This document shows, piece after piece, positions 12,706 through 26,321 of a stretch of 64,000 nt of DNA (position 1 is its first letter; each line of letters begins with the position of its first letter). This stretch comes from Squalus acanthias. Its lineage: Eukaryota. Below the pieces are notes generated by a model. The model was given only the letters and a program-made list of their open reading frames with translations, made no database searches and was not told the origin of the DNA. The position numbers were made by a program, and so were the translations under genes. The stretch covers positions 682,001 to 746,000 of the forward strand of contig JASTWF010000034.1 in assembly GCA_030390025.1 (NCBI GenBank). The letters run 5' to 3'.

Positions 12706-15700
12706 GTATACAGTGGAGGTCCCCAGGTTTCAGAAGCCGGGGCTGGAGGGAGGTATACAGTGGAGTTCCCCAGTGTTCAGTACTGGTGGGTGGTATCCAC
12801 TGGAGTTCCCCAGGGTTCAGTACTGGTGTCTCGAGGGAGGTATACAGTGGAGCTTCCCAGGGTTCAGTACTGGGGCTGGAGAGAGGTATACAGTGGAGTT
12901 CCCCAGTGTTCAGTACTGGTGGGTGGTATCCATTGGAGTTCCCCAGGGTTCAGTACTGTTGTCTGGAGGGAGGTATACAGTGGAGTTCCCCAGGGTTCAG
13001 TACTGTTGTCTGGAGGGGGGTATATAGTGGAGTTCCCCAGGGTTCAGTACTGTTGTCTGGAGGGAGGTATACAGTGGAGTTTCCCAGGGTTCAGTACTGG
13101 GGTCTGGAGGGAGGTATACAGTGGAGTTCCCCAGGGTTCAGTACTGGGGTCTGGAGGGAGGTATACAGTGGAGTTCCCCAGGGTTCAGTACTGTTGTCTG
13201 GAGGGGGGTATGTAGTGGAGTTCCCCAGGGTTCAGTACTGTTGTCTGGAGGGAGGTATACAGTGGAGTTCCCCAGGGTTCAGTACTGGGGTCTGGAGGGA
13301 GGTATACAGTGGAGTTCCCCAGGGTTCAGTACTGGGGTCTGGAGGGAGGTATACAGTGGAGTTCCCCAGGGTTCAGTACCGGGGGCTAGAGGGAGGAATA
13401 CAGTGGAGTTCCCCAGGGTTCAGTACTGGGGTCTGGAGGGAGGTACACAGTGGAGTTCCCCAGTGTTCAGTGGTGGTGTCTGGGGTGAGGTATACAGTGG
13501 ATTTCCCCAGGGTTTAGAACAGGGGGCTGGAGGTAGGCAAACACTGGACATACCCAGGACGCTGTACTTGGGGCTAAGAGGGAGGAATACAGTGGAGTTC
13601 CCCAGGGTTCAGTACTGTTGTCTGGAGGGAGGTATACAGTGGAGTTCCCCAGGGTTCAGTACTGTTGTCTGGAGGGAGGTGTACAGTGGAGTTCCCCAGG
13701 GTTCAGTAGAGTTCCCCAGGGTTCAGTACTGGGGTCTGGAGGGAGGTATACAGTGGCGTTCCCCACAGTTCAGTACTGGGGGCTGGAGGGAGGTAAATAG
13801 TGGAGTCACCAGGGTTCAGTACTGGGGTCTGGAGGAAGGTATACAGTGTAATTCCCCAGGGTATAGTACTGGGGGCTGGAGAGTGGTATACAGTGGAGTT
13901 CCCCAGGGTTCAGTACTGGGGTCTGGAGGGAGGTATACAGTGGAGTTGCCCCAGGTCCAATACTGGGGGCTGGAGGGAGGTACACAGTGGAGTTCCCCAG
14001 GGTTCAGTAGCAGGGGCTGGAGGGAGGTATACAGTGGAGTTCCCCAGGGTCGAGTACTGGTGTCTGCGGGGAGGTATACACTGGAGTTCCTCAGGGATCA
14101 TTACTGGGGGCTGGAGGGAGGTATACTGGTGTCTGGAGGGGGTTATACAGTGGAGTTTCCCAGGGTTCAGTACTGGTGTCTGGGGTGAGGTATACAGTGG
14201 AGTTCCCCAGGGTTCAGAAGCCGGGGCTGGAGGGAGGTATACAGTGGAGTTCCCCAGGTTTCAGTACTGTTGTCTGGAGGGGGGTATACAGTGGAGTTCC
14301 CCTAGGTTCAGTACTGGGGGTCTGGAGGGAGGTATACAGTGTAATTCCACAGGGTTCAGTACTGGGGGTCGGGAGGGAGGTACACAGTGGAGTTTCCCAG
14401 GGTTCAGTACTGGTGTCTGGAGGAAGATATACAGTGGATTTCCTCAGGGTTCAGTACAGGGGAATGGAGGGAGGTATACAGTGCAGTTCCCCAGGGTTCA
14501 GTGCTGGGGTTTGGAGGGTGGTATTCAGTGGAGTTCCCCAGGGTTCCGTTCTGGGGGCTGGCGATAGGTATGCTGTGGAGTTCCCCAGGGTTCAGTACAG
14601 GGATCTGGAGAGGAAATACAGTGGAGTTCCCCAGGGTTCAGACGCAGGGGCTGGAGGGAAGTATACAGTGGAGTTCCCCAGGGTTCAGTTCTGGAGTCTG
14701 GAGGGAGGAAAACTGTGGAGATGCCCAGGGTTCAGCACTGAGGGCTGGAAGGGTGTATACAGTGAGTTCCACAGTGGTCAGTCCTAGGGACTGGAGGTAG
14801 GTATACAGTGAGTTCTACAGGGTTCAGTACTGTGGGCTGGAGGGAGTTATACAATTAAGTTCCCCAGTGTCCAGTGCTGGGGGCTGGAGGGAGGTATACA
14901 GTGGAGTTCCCCAGGGTTCAGTACTGGGGGCTGGAGGGATGTATACAGTGGAATTCTCCAGGGTTCAGTACTGGGGGCTGGAGGGATGTATACAGTGGAG
15001 TTCTCCAGGGTTCAGTGCTGGGGGCATGAGGGAGATATATAGTGGAGGTCCCGAGGGTTCATACTGGGGGCTGGAGGGAGATATACAGTGGAGGATCCCA
15101 GGTTTCAGTACTGCGGGCTGGAGGGAGGTATATAATGCAATTCCCCAGGGTTCCGTATTGGGGGCTTGAGGGAGCTACACAGTGCTGTGCCGCAGGGTTC
15201 CGTAGTAGGGGATGGAGGGAGGTATACAGTGGAGTTCCCCAGTGTTCAGTACTGGGGGTTGGAGGGAGGTATACAGTGGAGTTCCTCAGTGTTCAGTACT
15301 GGGGGTTGGAGGGAGGTATACAGTGGAGTTCCCCAGTGTTCAGTTCTGGGGGCTGGAGGGAGTTATACATGGGAGTTCCCCAGGTTTCAGTACTGGGGGC
15401 TGGAGGGAGATATATAGTGTAGTTCTCCAGAGTTCAATACTGGGGTCTGGAGGGAGGTACTCTGTGGAGATCCCCAGTATTCAGTACTGTGTGCTGGAGG
15501 GAGGAATACAGTTATGTTCCCCAGGGATCAGTAATGTTGTCTGCGGGGAGGTGTACATTGAAGCTCCCCAGGGTTCAATACTGTGGGCTGGAGGGAGGTA
15601 TACAGTGGAGATCCCGAGGGTTCAGTACTCTGGGTTGGAGGGCGGGATATAGTCGAGTTCCCCAGGGTTCAGGACTGGTGTCTGCGGGGAGAAATACAAT

Positions 15701-18700
15701 GGAGTTCCCAAGTATTCAGTACTGGGGGCTGAAGGGAGGTACACAGTAGCGTTCCCCAGGTTTCAGTACTGGGGGTTGGATGGAGGTATACAGTGGAGTT
15801 CCCCAAGGTTCAGTACTGAGGGCTACTGGGAGGAATACAGTGGAGTTCCCCAGGGTTCAGTACTGGTATCTGGTGGGAGGTATACAGTGGAGTTCCCCAG
15901 GGTTCAGAACTAGTGTCTGAGCGGAGATATACCGTGGTGTTACCTAGGATTCAGTACTGGAGCCTGGAGCGAGGTATACAGTACAGTTCCCTAGGTATCA
16001 GTACTGGGGGATGGAGGGCGTTTTACAATGGTGTTCCCCAGGTTTCAGTATTGGTTTCTGGGGGGAGGAGTACATTGGAGTTTCCCAGGATTCAGTACTG
16101 CTGTCTGGGGGGAGGTATACAGTGGAGTTCCCCAGGGTTCAGTCCTGGGGGCTGGACGGAGGTATACAGTGGAGTTCCTCACGGTTCAGCACTTAAGGTA
16201 TTGAGGGAGGTATACATTGGACTTCCCCAAGGTACAGTACTGGAAGCTGGTGGGAGTTATACAGTGGAGTTCAGTACAATGGGCTGGAGGGAGGTATAGA
16301 GTGGAGTTCCCCAGGGTTCAATACTGGGGGTTGGAGGGAGGTATACAGTGGGGTTTCTCAGGGTTCAGTACTGGATGTTGGTGGGTGGTGTACAGTGGAG
16401 TTCCCCAGGGTTCAGTACTGGAGGCTGGAGGGAGGTATACAGTAGAGTTCCCCAGGGTTCAGTACTTGGGCCAGTAGGGAGATATACAGAGGTGTTCCCC
16501 AGGGATCAGTACTGGGCTCTGGAGGGTGGAGTACAGTGAAGTTCCCCCAGGTTCAGTCCTGGGGTCTGGAGGGATGTATACAGTGGAGATCCCCAGAGTT
16601 CAGTTTTGGGGGCTGGAGGGAGATAAACAGTGGATTTCCCCAGGGTTCATTACTAGGGGCTGGAGGGAGCTATATAGTGGAGTTCCCCAGGCTTCATTAC
16701 TGGCGTCTGGAGGGAGGTATACTGTGGAGATCCCCAAGGTTCAATACTGATGTCTGGAGGTAGGTATACAGTGCTGTTCCCCAGGGTTCAGTACTGGGGT
16801 CTGGAGGTAGTAGACAGTGCTGTTCCCCAGGGTTCAGTACTGGGGTCTGGGGTGAGGTATACAGTGGAGTTCCCCACGGTTCGGTACTGTGGGCTGGAGG
16901 TAGACATACAGTGGTGTTCCGCATTGTTCAGTACTCGTGTCTGCAGGGAGCTATACAGTGGAGTTCCGCAGGTTTCAGTACTGGGGTCTGGGGGGAGGTA
17001 TACAGTGGAGTTCCCCAGGGGTCAGTACTGGGGTCTGGGGGGAGATATACAGTGGAGAGCCCCAGGGTTCTGTCCTGGGGTCTGGAGGGACGAATACAGT
17101 GTTGGTCCCCAGGATTCAGTACTGGGGAATGGAGGGAGGTATACAGTAGTGTTTCCCAGTGTTCAGTACTGGTGTGTGGGAGGAGATATACAGTGGAGTT
17201 CGCCATCGTTCAGTACTCGGGGCTGGAGGGAGGGATACAGTGGAGTTCCCCAGGGATCAGTACTGGTGTCTGGGGGAGGTTTACAGTGGAGTTTCCCAGG
17301 GTTCAGTACTGGTGTCTGGGGCGAGATATACTGTGTAGTTCCCCAGTGTTCAGGACTGGTGTCTGGGGGGAGATATAGTTTGGAGTTGCCCAGGGTTCAG
17401 TACGGGGGGCTGGAGGGAATTTATACAGTGGAGTTCCCCCGCATCCAGTACTGGGGGGCTGGAGGGAGGTGGGCAATGGAGTTGCTCAGCGTTCAGTACT
17501 GGGGTCTGGAGGGTGGTACGCAGTGGAGTTTCCCAGGGTTCAGTACTGGGGTCTGGACGGAGGTATACAGTGGAGTTTCGCAGGGTTCAGTGTTGGGGTC
17601 TGGAGGGACGTATACAGTGGTTTTCCCCAGGGTTCAGTACTGAGGGCTGGAGGGAGGTATACAGTGGAGTTCCCCAGGGTTCAATACTAGGGGCTAGAGG
17701 GATGTATACTGTGGAGATCCCCAGAGTTCATTACTGGGATCTGGAGGGAGGTATACAGTGGCGATCCCCAGGGTTCAGTACTGTGGGCTGGAGGGAGATA
17801 TACAATGGATTTCCCCAGGGTTCAGTACTGTGGGCTGGAGGGAAGTATACATTGGAGTTCCCTAATGTTCAATACTGGAGGCTGGAGAGTGGTATACAGT
17901 GGAGTTCCCCAGGGTTCAGTACTGGAGGCTGGAGGGAGGTATACAGTAGAGTTCCCCAGGGTTCAGTACTTGGGCCAGTAGGGAGATATACAGAGGTGTT
18001 CCCCAGGGATCAGTACTGGGCTCTGGAGGGTGGAGTACAGTGAAGTTCCCCCAGGTTCAGTCCTGGGGTCTGGAGGGATGTATACAGTGGAGATCCCCAG
18101 AGTTCAGTTTTGGGGGCTGGAGGGAGATAAACAGTGGATTTCCCCAGGGTTCATTACTAGGGGCTGGAGGGAGCTATATAGTGGAGTTCCCCAGGCTTCA
18201 TTACTGGCGTCTGGAGGGAGGTATACTGTGGAGATCCCCAAGGTTCAATACTGATGTCTGGAGGTAGGTATACAGTGCTGTTCCCCAGGGTTCAGTACTG
18301 GGGTCTGGAGGTAGTAGACAGTGCTGTTCCCCAGGGTTCAGTACTGGGGTCTGGGGTGAGGTATACAGTGGAGTTCCCCACGGTTCGGTACTGTGGGCTG
18401 GAGGTAGACATACAGTGGTGTTCCGCATTGTTCAGTACTCGTGTCTGCAGGGAGCTATACAGTGGAGTTCCGCAGGTTTCAGTACTGGGGTCTGGGGGGA
18501 GGTATACAGTGGAGTTCCCCAGGGGTCAGTACTGGGGTCTGGGGGGAGATATACAGTGGAGAGCCCCAGGGTTCTGTCCTGGGGTCTGGAGGGACGAATA
18601 CAGTGTTGGTCCCCAGGATTCAGTACTGGGGAATGGAGGGAGGTATACAGTGGTGTTTCCCAGTGTTCAGTACTGGTGTGTGGGAGGAGATATACAGTGG

Positions 18701-21372
18701 AGTTCGCCATCGTTCAGTACTCGGGGCTGGAGGGAGGGATACAGTGGAGTTCCCCAGGGATCAGTACTGGTGTCTGGGGGAGGTTTACAGTGGAGTTTCC
18801 CAGGGTTCAGTACTGGTGTCTGGGGCGAGATATACTGTGTAGTTCCCCAGTGTTCAGGACTGGTGTCTGGGGGGAGATATAGTTTGGAGTTGCCCAGGGT
18901 TCAGTACGGGGGGCTGGAGGGAATTTATACAGTGGAGTTCCCCCGCATCCAGTACTGGGGGGCTGGAGGGAGGTGGGCAATGGAGTTGCTCAGCGTTCAG
19001 TACTGGGGTCTGGAGGGTGGTACGCAGTGGAGTTTCCCAGGGTTCAGTACTGGGGTCTGGACGGAGGTATACAGTGGAGTTTCGCAGGGTTCAGTGTTGG
19101 GGTCTGGAGGGACGTATACAGTGGTTTTCCCCAGGGTTCAGTACTGAGGGCTGGAGGGAGGTATACAGTGGAGTTCCCCAGGGTTCAATACTAGGGGCTA
19201 GAGGGATGTATACTGTGGAGATCCCCAGAGTTCATTACTGGAATCTGGAGGGAGGTATACAGTGGCGATCCCCAGGGTTCAGTACTGTGGGCTGGAGGGA
19301 GATATACAATGGATTTCCCCAGGGTTCAGTACTGTGGGCTGGAGGGAAGTATACATTGGAGTTCCCTAATGTTCAATACTGGAGGCTGGAGAGTGGTATA
19401 CAGTGGAGTTCCCCAGTGTTCAGTACTGGTGTCTGGGGGTAGGTGTTCATTGGAGTTGCCCAGGGTTCAGTACTGTGGGCTGGAGGGAGGTATAGAGTGG
19501 AGGTCCCAAGAGATCAGTACTGGCGTCTGGGTGGTGAGGTGTACAGTGGATTTCTCTGGGTCCAGTACTGGTGTTGGGGGGAGGTGTACAGTGGAGCTCC
19601 CCAGGGTTAAGGACTGATGTCTGGGGGGAGATATACAGTGGAGTTCCCCAGGGTTCACTACTGGTGTCTGGGGGCAGGTGTACAGTGGAGCTCCCCAGGG
19701 TTATGGAATGGTGTCTAGGGGGAGGTATACAGTGGAGTTCCCCAGGTTTCAGTACTGGGGTCTGGGGGGAGGTGTACAGTGGAGTTTCCCAGGGTTCAGT
19801 ACTGGGGTCTGGAGGGAGATATACAGTGGAGTTCCCCAGGGTTCAGTACTGGGATCTAGGGGGAGATATACAGTGGAGAGCCCCAGGGTTCTGTCCTGGG
19901 GTCTAGAGGAACGAATACAGTGGAGGTCCCCAGGATTCAGTACTGGGGAATGGAGGGAGGTATACAGTGGTGTTTCCCAGTGTTCAGTACTGGTGTGTGG
20001 GAGGAGATATACAGTGGAGTTCGCCATCGTTCAGTACTCGGGGCTGGAGGGTGGGATACAGTGGAGTTCCCCAGGGAGAAGTACTGGTGTCTGGGGGAGG
20101 TTTACAGTGGAGTTTCGCAGGGTTCAGTTCTGTTGTCTGGGGCGAGATATACAGTGTAGTTCCCCAGTGTTCAGGACTGGTGTCTGGGGGGAGATATAGT
20201 TTGGAGTTGCCCAGGGTTCACTCCGGGGAGCTGGAGGGAATTTATACAGTGGAGATCCCCCGGATCCAGTACTGGGGGGCTGGAGGGAGGTGTGCAATGG
20301 AGTTGCTCAGCGTTCAGTACTGGGATCTGGAGGGTGGTACGCAGTGGAGTTCCCCAGGGTTCAGTACTGGGGTCTGGACGGAGGTATACAGTGGAGTTTC
20401 GCAGGGTTCAGTGTTGGGGTCTGGAGGGACGTATACAGTGGTTTTCCCCAGGGTTCAGTACTGAGGGCTGGAGGGAGGTATACAGTGTAGTTCCCCAGGG
20501 TTCAATACTAGGGGCTAGGGGGATGTATACTGTGGAGATCCCCAGAGTTCATTGCTGGGATCTGGAGGGAGGTATACAGTGGCGATCCCCAGGGTTCAGT
20601 ACTGTGGGCTGGAGGGAGATATACAGTGGATTTCCCCAGGGTTCAGTACTGTGGGCTAGAGGGAAGTATACATTGGAGTTCCCTAATGTTCAATACTGGA
20701 GGCTGGAGAGTGGTATACAGTGGAGTTCCCCAGTGTTCAGTACTGGTGTCTGGGGGTAGGTGTTTATTGGAGTTGCCCAGGGTTCAGTACTGTGGGCTGG
20801 AGGGAGGTATAGAGTGGAGTTCCCAAGGGATCAGTACTGGCGTCTGTGTGGTGAGGTGTACAGTGGATTTCTCTGGGTCCAGTACTGGTGTTGGGGGGAG
20901 GTGTACAGTGGAGCTCCCCAGGGTTAAGGACTGTTGTCTGGGGGGAGATATACAGTGGAGTTCCCCAGGGTTCACTACTGGTGTCTGGGGGGAGGTGTAC
21001 AGTGGAGCTCCCCAGGGTTAAGGAATGGTGTCTGGGGGGAGATATACAGTGGAGTTACCCAGGGTTCAGTACTGGGGTCTGTAGGGAGGTATACAGTGGA
21101 GATCCCCAGGTTTCAGTACTGGGTTCTGGAGGGAGATATACAGTGGAGTTCTCCAGTGTTCATTCCTGGGGTCTGGAGGGAGGTATGCAGTGGAGTTCCC
21201 CAGGGTTCAGTACTGGGGTCTGTAGGGAGGTATACAGTGGAGATCCCCAGGGTTCAGTACTGGGTTCTGGAGGGAGGTATACTGGGAAGTTCTCCAGTTT
21301 TCATTCCTGGGGTATGGAGGGAGGTATACAATGGAGTTACCCAGGGTTCAGTACTGGGAGCTGGAGGGATAT
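12706..21372 (+). repeat. 47-bp satellite array (about 180 monomers; consensus CTGGAGGGAGGTATACAGTGGAGTTCCCCAGGGTTCAGTACTGGGGT), CR1-RT derived, with higher-order repeats
   Basis: ctggaggg at 13104 and 13151 (period 47); translates to WREVYSGVPQGSVLG; identical ORFs recur at a 1504-bp offset. Confidence 0.95.
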
Positions 21373-21374
21373 AT

Positions 21375-24300
21375 AAATATAGAAACATAGAAGATAGGCG
21401 CAGGAGTAGGCCATTCGGCCCCTCGAGCCTGCTCCGCCATTCGATGAGATCTTGGCTGACCATCCAAACTCAGTAAACTGTACCTGCCTTCTCCCCATAT
21501 CCCTTGCTACCTTTAGCTTTAAGAAATATATCTAACTCATTCTTGAATATATTTAATGATTTGCCTCAACTACCTTCTGTGGTAGAGAATTCCACAGGTT
21601 CACCACTCTCTGGTTGAAGAAATTCTTCCTCATTTCTGTCCTAAAGGGCTTACCCCTTATGCTTAGATTATGACCCCTGGTTCTGGACTCTCCGGCCATC
21701 GGGAACATTCTTCCTGCATCTAGTTTGACCAGACCTGTCAGAATTTTAAATGTTTCGATGAGATCCCCTCTCATTCTTCTATACTCCAGCGAGTATAAGT
21801 CCAATCGACCCAATTTCTCCTCATATTTCATTCCTGCCTCCCAGGTATCAGCTTTGTGAATCTTCGCTGAACTCCTTCCATGGCAAGAACATCCTTCCTC
21901 AGATAAGGCGACCAAAACTGCACACAGTACTCAAGGTGTGGTCTCACCAAGGCTCTGTACAACTGCAGCAGGACATCCCTGTTCCTATACTCAAACCCTT
22001 TCGCTATGAAGGCCAACATACCATTTGCCTTCTTTACCGCCTGCTGCACCTGCATGCTTACCTTCAAGCAACTGGTGCACAAGGTCTCGTTGCACTTCCC
22101 CTTTTCCCAATCTATTGCCGTTCAGATAATAATCTTTCTTCCTGTTTTTGCCACCAAAGTGGATAACCTCACATTTATCCACATTTCATGAATCTGCCAT
22201 GCATCTGCCCAATCACCAAACCTGTCCAAATCATACTGGAGTTTCTCTGCATCCTCCTGACAGCACACACGCCCACCCAGCTTTTGTCGACTGCAAGGAG
22301 ATATTACATCTAGTTCCCTCGTCTAGATCATTAATATATATTGTGAATAGCTGGGGTCCTAGCACCGATCCCTGCGGTATCCCACTAGTCACTGCCTGCC
22401 ACTCGGAAAAAGACCCATTTATTCCAACTCTTTGCTTCCTGTCTGCCAACCAGTTCTCTATCCAAGTCAGTACCTTACCTCGAATCCCATGTGCTTTAAA
22501 TGTGCACGCTAATCTCTTATGTGGGACCTTATCGAAAGCCTTCTGAAAGTCCAGATACACCACTCTCACTGGTTCTCCCTTATCTATTCTACCAGTTGCA
22601 TCATCAAAAAATTCCAGTAGATTAGTCAAGCACGATTTACCTTTTGTAAATCCATGTTGACTTTGTCCGATCCTGTCACTGTTTTCCAAGTGCTCTGCTA
22701 TTACATCTTGTATAATGGACTCTAGCATTTTCCCCACTACCGATGTCAGGCTTACCGGTCTGTAATTCACCGTTTTCTCTCTCCCACCTTTTTTAAATAG
22801 TGGGGTTACATTAGCTACCCTCCAATTCATGGGAACTGTTCCAGAGTCTATAGAATTTTGGACGATGACCAGCAATGCATCTACTATTTCTAGCTATTAC
22901 TTCCTTAAGTACCCTAGGATGTAGATTATCAGGCCCTGGGGATTTATCGGACTTCAATCCCGTCAATTTCCCTAACATCATTTCCCTACAAATACTGATT
23001 TCATTCAGTTCCTCCCTCTCATTAGATCCTATGTACTCCGACATCTCTGGGAGGATATTTGTGTCCTCCTCACAGAATCACAGAATCCCCACAGTGCAGA
23101 TAGAGGCCATTTCGGCCCATCGAGCCTGCACCGACACATATCCCACCCTATCCCCGTAACCCCACGTATTTAATCCCCCTAACACTAAGGGTCAATTTAT
23201 CATAGCCAAATCAACATAACCCGCACATCTTTGGACTGTGGGAGGAAACCGGAGCACCCGGAGGAAACCCACGCAGACACGGGGAGAATGTACAAACTCC
23301 ACACAGACAGTCACCCGGGGCCGGATTCGAACCCGGGTCCCTGCCGCTGTGAGGCAACAGTGCTAACCACTATGCCACCGTGTTGCCCCTTTGTGAACAC
23401 AGAACCAAAGTATGTATTTAATTCGTCATCCATTTCAGTGTTCCCCATTATAAATTCCCCTGATTCTGACTGTAATGGACCTACGCTTGACTTCACCAAT
23501 CTTTTTCTCTTCACATAGCTATAGAAGCTATTACAGTCAGTTTTTATGTTTCCCGCAAGCTTACTCTCATACTCTATTTTCCGCCTCTTAATTAATCCCT
23601 TTGTCCTCCTTTTCTGAATAATAAACTGCTCCCAATCCTCAGGTTTTCTGCTTTTTCTGGCCAATTTATATGTCCTCTCCTTGGATTTTATGCTATTCCT
23701 AATTTCCCTTGTTAGGTCGGTTGAGTCACCTTTTTTGTTTTATTTTTACGCCAAACAGGGATGAACAAATTCTGCAGTTCATCCATGCGATCTTTACATG
23801 TTTGCCATTGCCTATCACCGTCAACCTTTTAAGTAACATTCCTCAATCCAACTCGCGCCTCATACCATCGTAGTTTCCTTTATTTAACTTCAGGACCCTA
23901 GTCGCAGAGTCAACTAATTCACTCTCCATCTTAATGAAAAATTCTATCATATTATGATCGCTCCTCCCCAAGGGGTCTCGCACAACAAGACTGCTAATTA
24001 ATCCTTTTTCATTACATAATACCCACTCTAAGATGGCCTGATCTCCAGTTGGTTCCTCGACATTTTGGTCCAGGAAACCATCCCGTATACACTCTAGGAA
24101 TTCCTCCTCCACAGTATTGTTACTAATTTGGTTAGCCCAATCTATATGTAGATTAAAGTCACCCATGAAACTGGTGTGCCCTTATTGCACGCATCCCTAA
24201 TTTCCCGTTTAATGCCATCCCCAACCTTAGCATTACTATTTGATGGTCTGTATACAACTCCGTTTTCTGCCCCATGGTATTTCTCAGCTCTGCCCATACA

Positions 24301-25040
24301 GATTCCACATCATCAGAGCTAATTTCCTTCCTTACTTGGAGTAAGCCATACATTATTACCTTTGAGGTTTTGCTCTTTAACTTCATCCTATGCTCCTGAA
24401 TCTCTGCGTGAAGGACCTCAACCACTTTTCTACTTACTTTGTTTCCAAAATGAAACATGAATTCCGGCTGCTGCCTTCCCCACTCAAAATGTTCTGCAGC
24501 TGCTCAGTGACGTCCTTCACCCTGGTAGCAGGCAGGCAACACACCATGATGGACTCACGTCAGCGATTGCTGAAACCCCTGTCTGTTCCCCTGACTAGTG
24601 AGTTCCCCATGACCACTGCATTTCTACACTTTGCTGTGCCCGCTGTGGTATGGATGTACTCTAGTCTGCAGTCCCCGAGGTGTCGTCACCCTCACTGGTA
24701 TTCAGCAAAGGACAGCGCTTTGAGTGCCACACTCCCGGAGGACTCCTGCACTGCCTGCCTCTTCCTACCCTGCCAGCTGGCCACCCACTTACTATCCTCC
24801 TGTACTCTCTGTAGCTGCGGGGTGACCAGCTCCTAGAACGTGTGTTCCAGGAAATTCTCAGCCTCCAGTCTGCCCTGCAGTGACTCCAGCCGCTGATCAA
24901 GCTCAGACACCCTGAGCTCGAGTTCGAGCAGCTGTAGGCACTTCCTGCACACGTGGTTATCCAGGACAGATGACGCGTCCTGGAGTTCCCACATGGCTCA
25001 GGAATTGCAGGCAACGGGTTTCAGCTGTCCCATCATTTTA
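21375..25040 (-). mobile_element. Near full-length degenerate CR1 LINE (ORF1 zinc-finger/coiled-coil and esterase remnants, ORF2 APE and RT, 3' microsatellite tail)
   Basis: Minus translation near 25035: MMGQLKPVACNS*AMWELQ...HVCRKCLQLLELELRVSEL; VVMGNSLVRGTDR...VCCLPATRVKDV; ORFs 23843-24166 (GDFN, SDH) and 22231-22875 (RT); tail atagaaacatagaa at about 21379. Confidence 0.92.
23071..23389 (-). mobile_element. V-SINE (HE1-like) inserted in the CR1
   Basis: Minus strand: tRNA-like head GGTGGCATAGTGGTTAGC...GGTTCGAATCC, then V-domain GTCTGTGTGGAGTTTG...GTGGGTTTCCTCCGGGTGCTCCGGTTTCCTCCCACA, then CR1-like tail. Confidence 0.85.
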
Positions 25041-25299
25041 CTTCAAAGTCCATCTGCTTATGGTATAGATATATGTTTTCAGTTTAGTATCCCCTTACTC
25101 CTATTGAATATTTAATCATTTATGTATAACCGATTTTTATTTAATGTAATTCAGAGCCCTTTTAATGTTCGTATCCTCTACTTAGTTAATTGTAATTATC
25201 CTCTTAGATCTAACTAAATACTCTAATTATTTACCATTTTACTGTTGCCCCTTGTTTTAAATTACTCAGCACCTCTTCCCCCTCTGCATCGAATTCCCA

Positions 25300-25870
25300 C
25301 CTTCCATCATTCCTGCATAAAAATATGTCCTCATCTCGCCTCTGGTTCTTTTGTCAATCACCTTACATCTGTGTTCTCTGGTTACTGACCCTTCTGCCTT
25401 TGGAAACAGTTTCTCCTTAATTACTCTATCAAAAGTTTTCATGATTTTAAACACCTCTATCAAATCTCCCCTTTACCTTCTCTGCTCTAAGGAGAACAAT
25501 CCCAGCTTCTCCACGTAGCTGAAGTCTTTCATCCCTGGTGCCATTCTGGTAAATCTCCTCTGCACCATCTCCAAGGCCTGGACATTCTTCCTGAAGTGTG
25601 GTGCCCAGAATTGCACACAATACTCCATCTGGGGCCTAACCAGTGTTTTATAGAGGTTCAGCATAACTTCCTTGCTTTTGTACTCGATGCCTCTAATTAT
25701 AAAGCCAAAGATTCTGTATACCTTTTTAACAATCTTCTCAACTTGGGAGTGTTTGTTCGCAACAAGCACCCCCAGGTCACCCTGTTTCTGCACCCCCTTT
25801 AAAATTGTACCTTTAGATTATATTACCTTTCCTCGTTCTTCCTACCAAAATGAATCACATCACACTTCAG
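25300..25870 (-). mobile_element. CR1 3' fragment
   Basis: ORF 25473-25793 LYKTLVRPQMEYCVQFWAP. Confidence 0.85.
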
Positions 25871-26321
25871 TCGAATATATTGAAACTATTGAGAGTCAAA
25901 TGTCGGACTGATATCAGCAAGTTCTTTACATGAAGAGTAATCAGTTCAATGGAATGGAATGGAATGAGTCGAGTCGTGGAGGCAAACATCCCAGAATTAT
26001 TGGAGAAACTTAGATGCTGTGGCTTGGGGAGAGGAATTGTCGGCTCTTTCTGGATGAATGAACTAAGATCAGTGGAGGTCTTTATTTACATGTATCTGGT
26101 GTAGTATCTCCTGGGCGGGGGTCTCCATTATCGCCACAATGAACCAGTTACCACAAGTTGTGCAACATGACCTGGGAACAATGCTCCCCATGATTCCCTT
26201 TCACCTCCTCTCCAAACACGAAGCACCTGCTCTTCCCGGAGCCCTTATCTGCCTCTTCTCTGAAAAATGATGTTCTTTCTGGGGCTGTGCACATCATTCA
26301 ATAAAAACTTTAGACTATTAC

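Noticed and set aside
12706..21372. CRISPR-like appearance of this and the other arrays
   Set aside because: Head-to-tail monomers with no unique spacers, no cas genes, eukaryotic context
12522..21476. Many long overlapping ORFs (up to 355 aa) in the 47-bp array
   Set aside because: By-product of a monomer that is stop-free in all three frames; no gene structure
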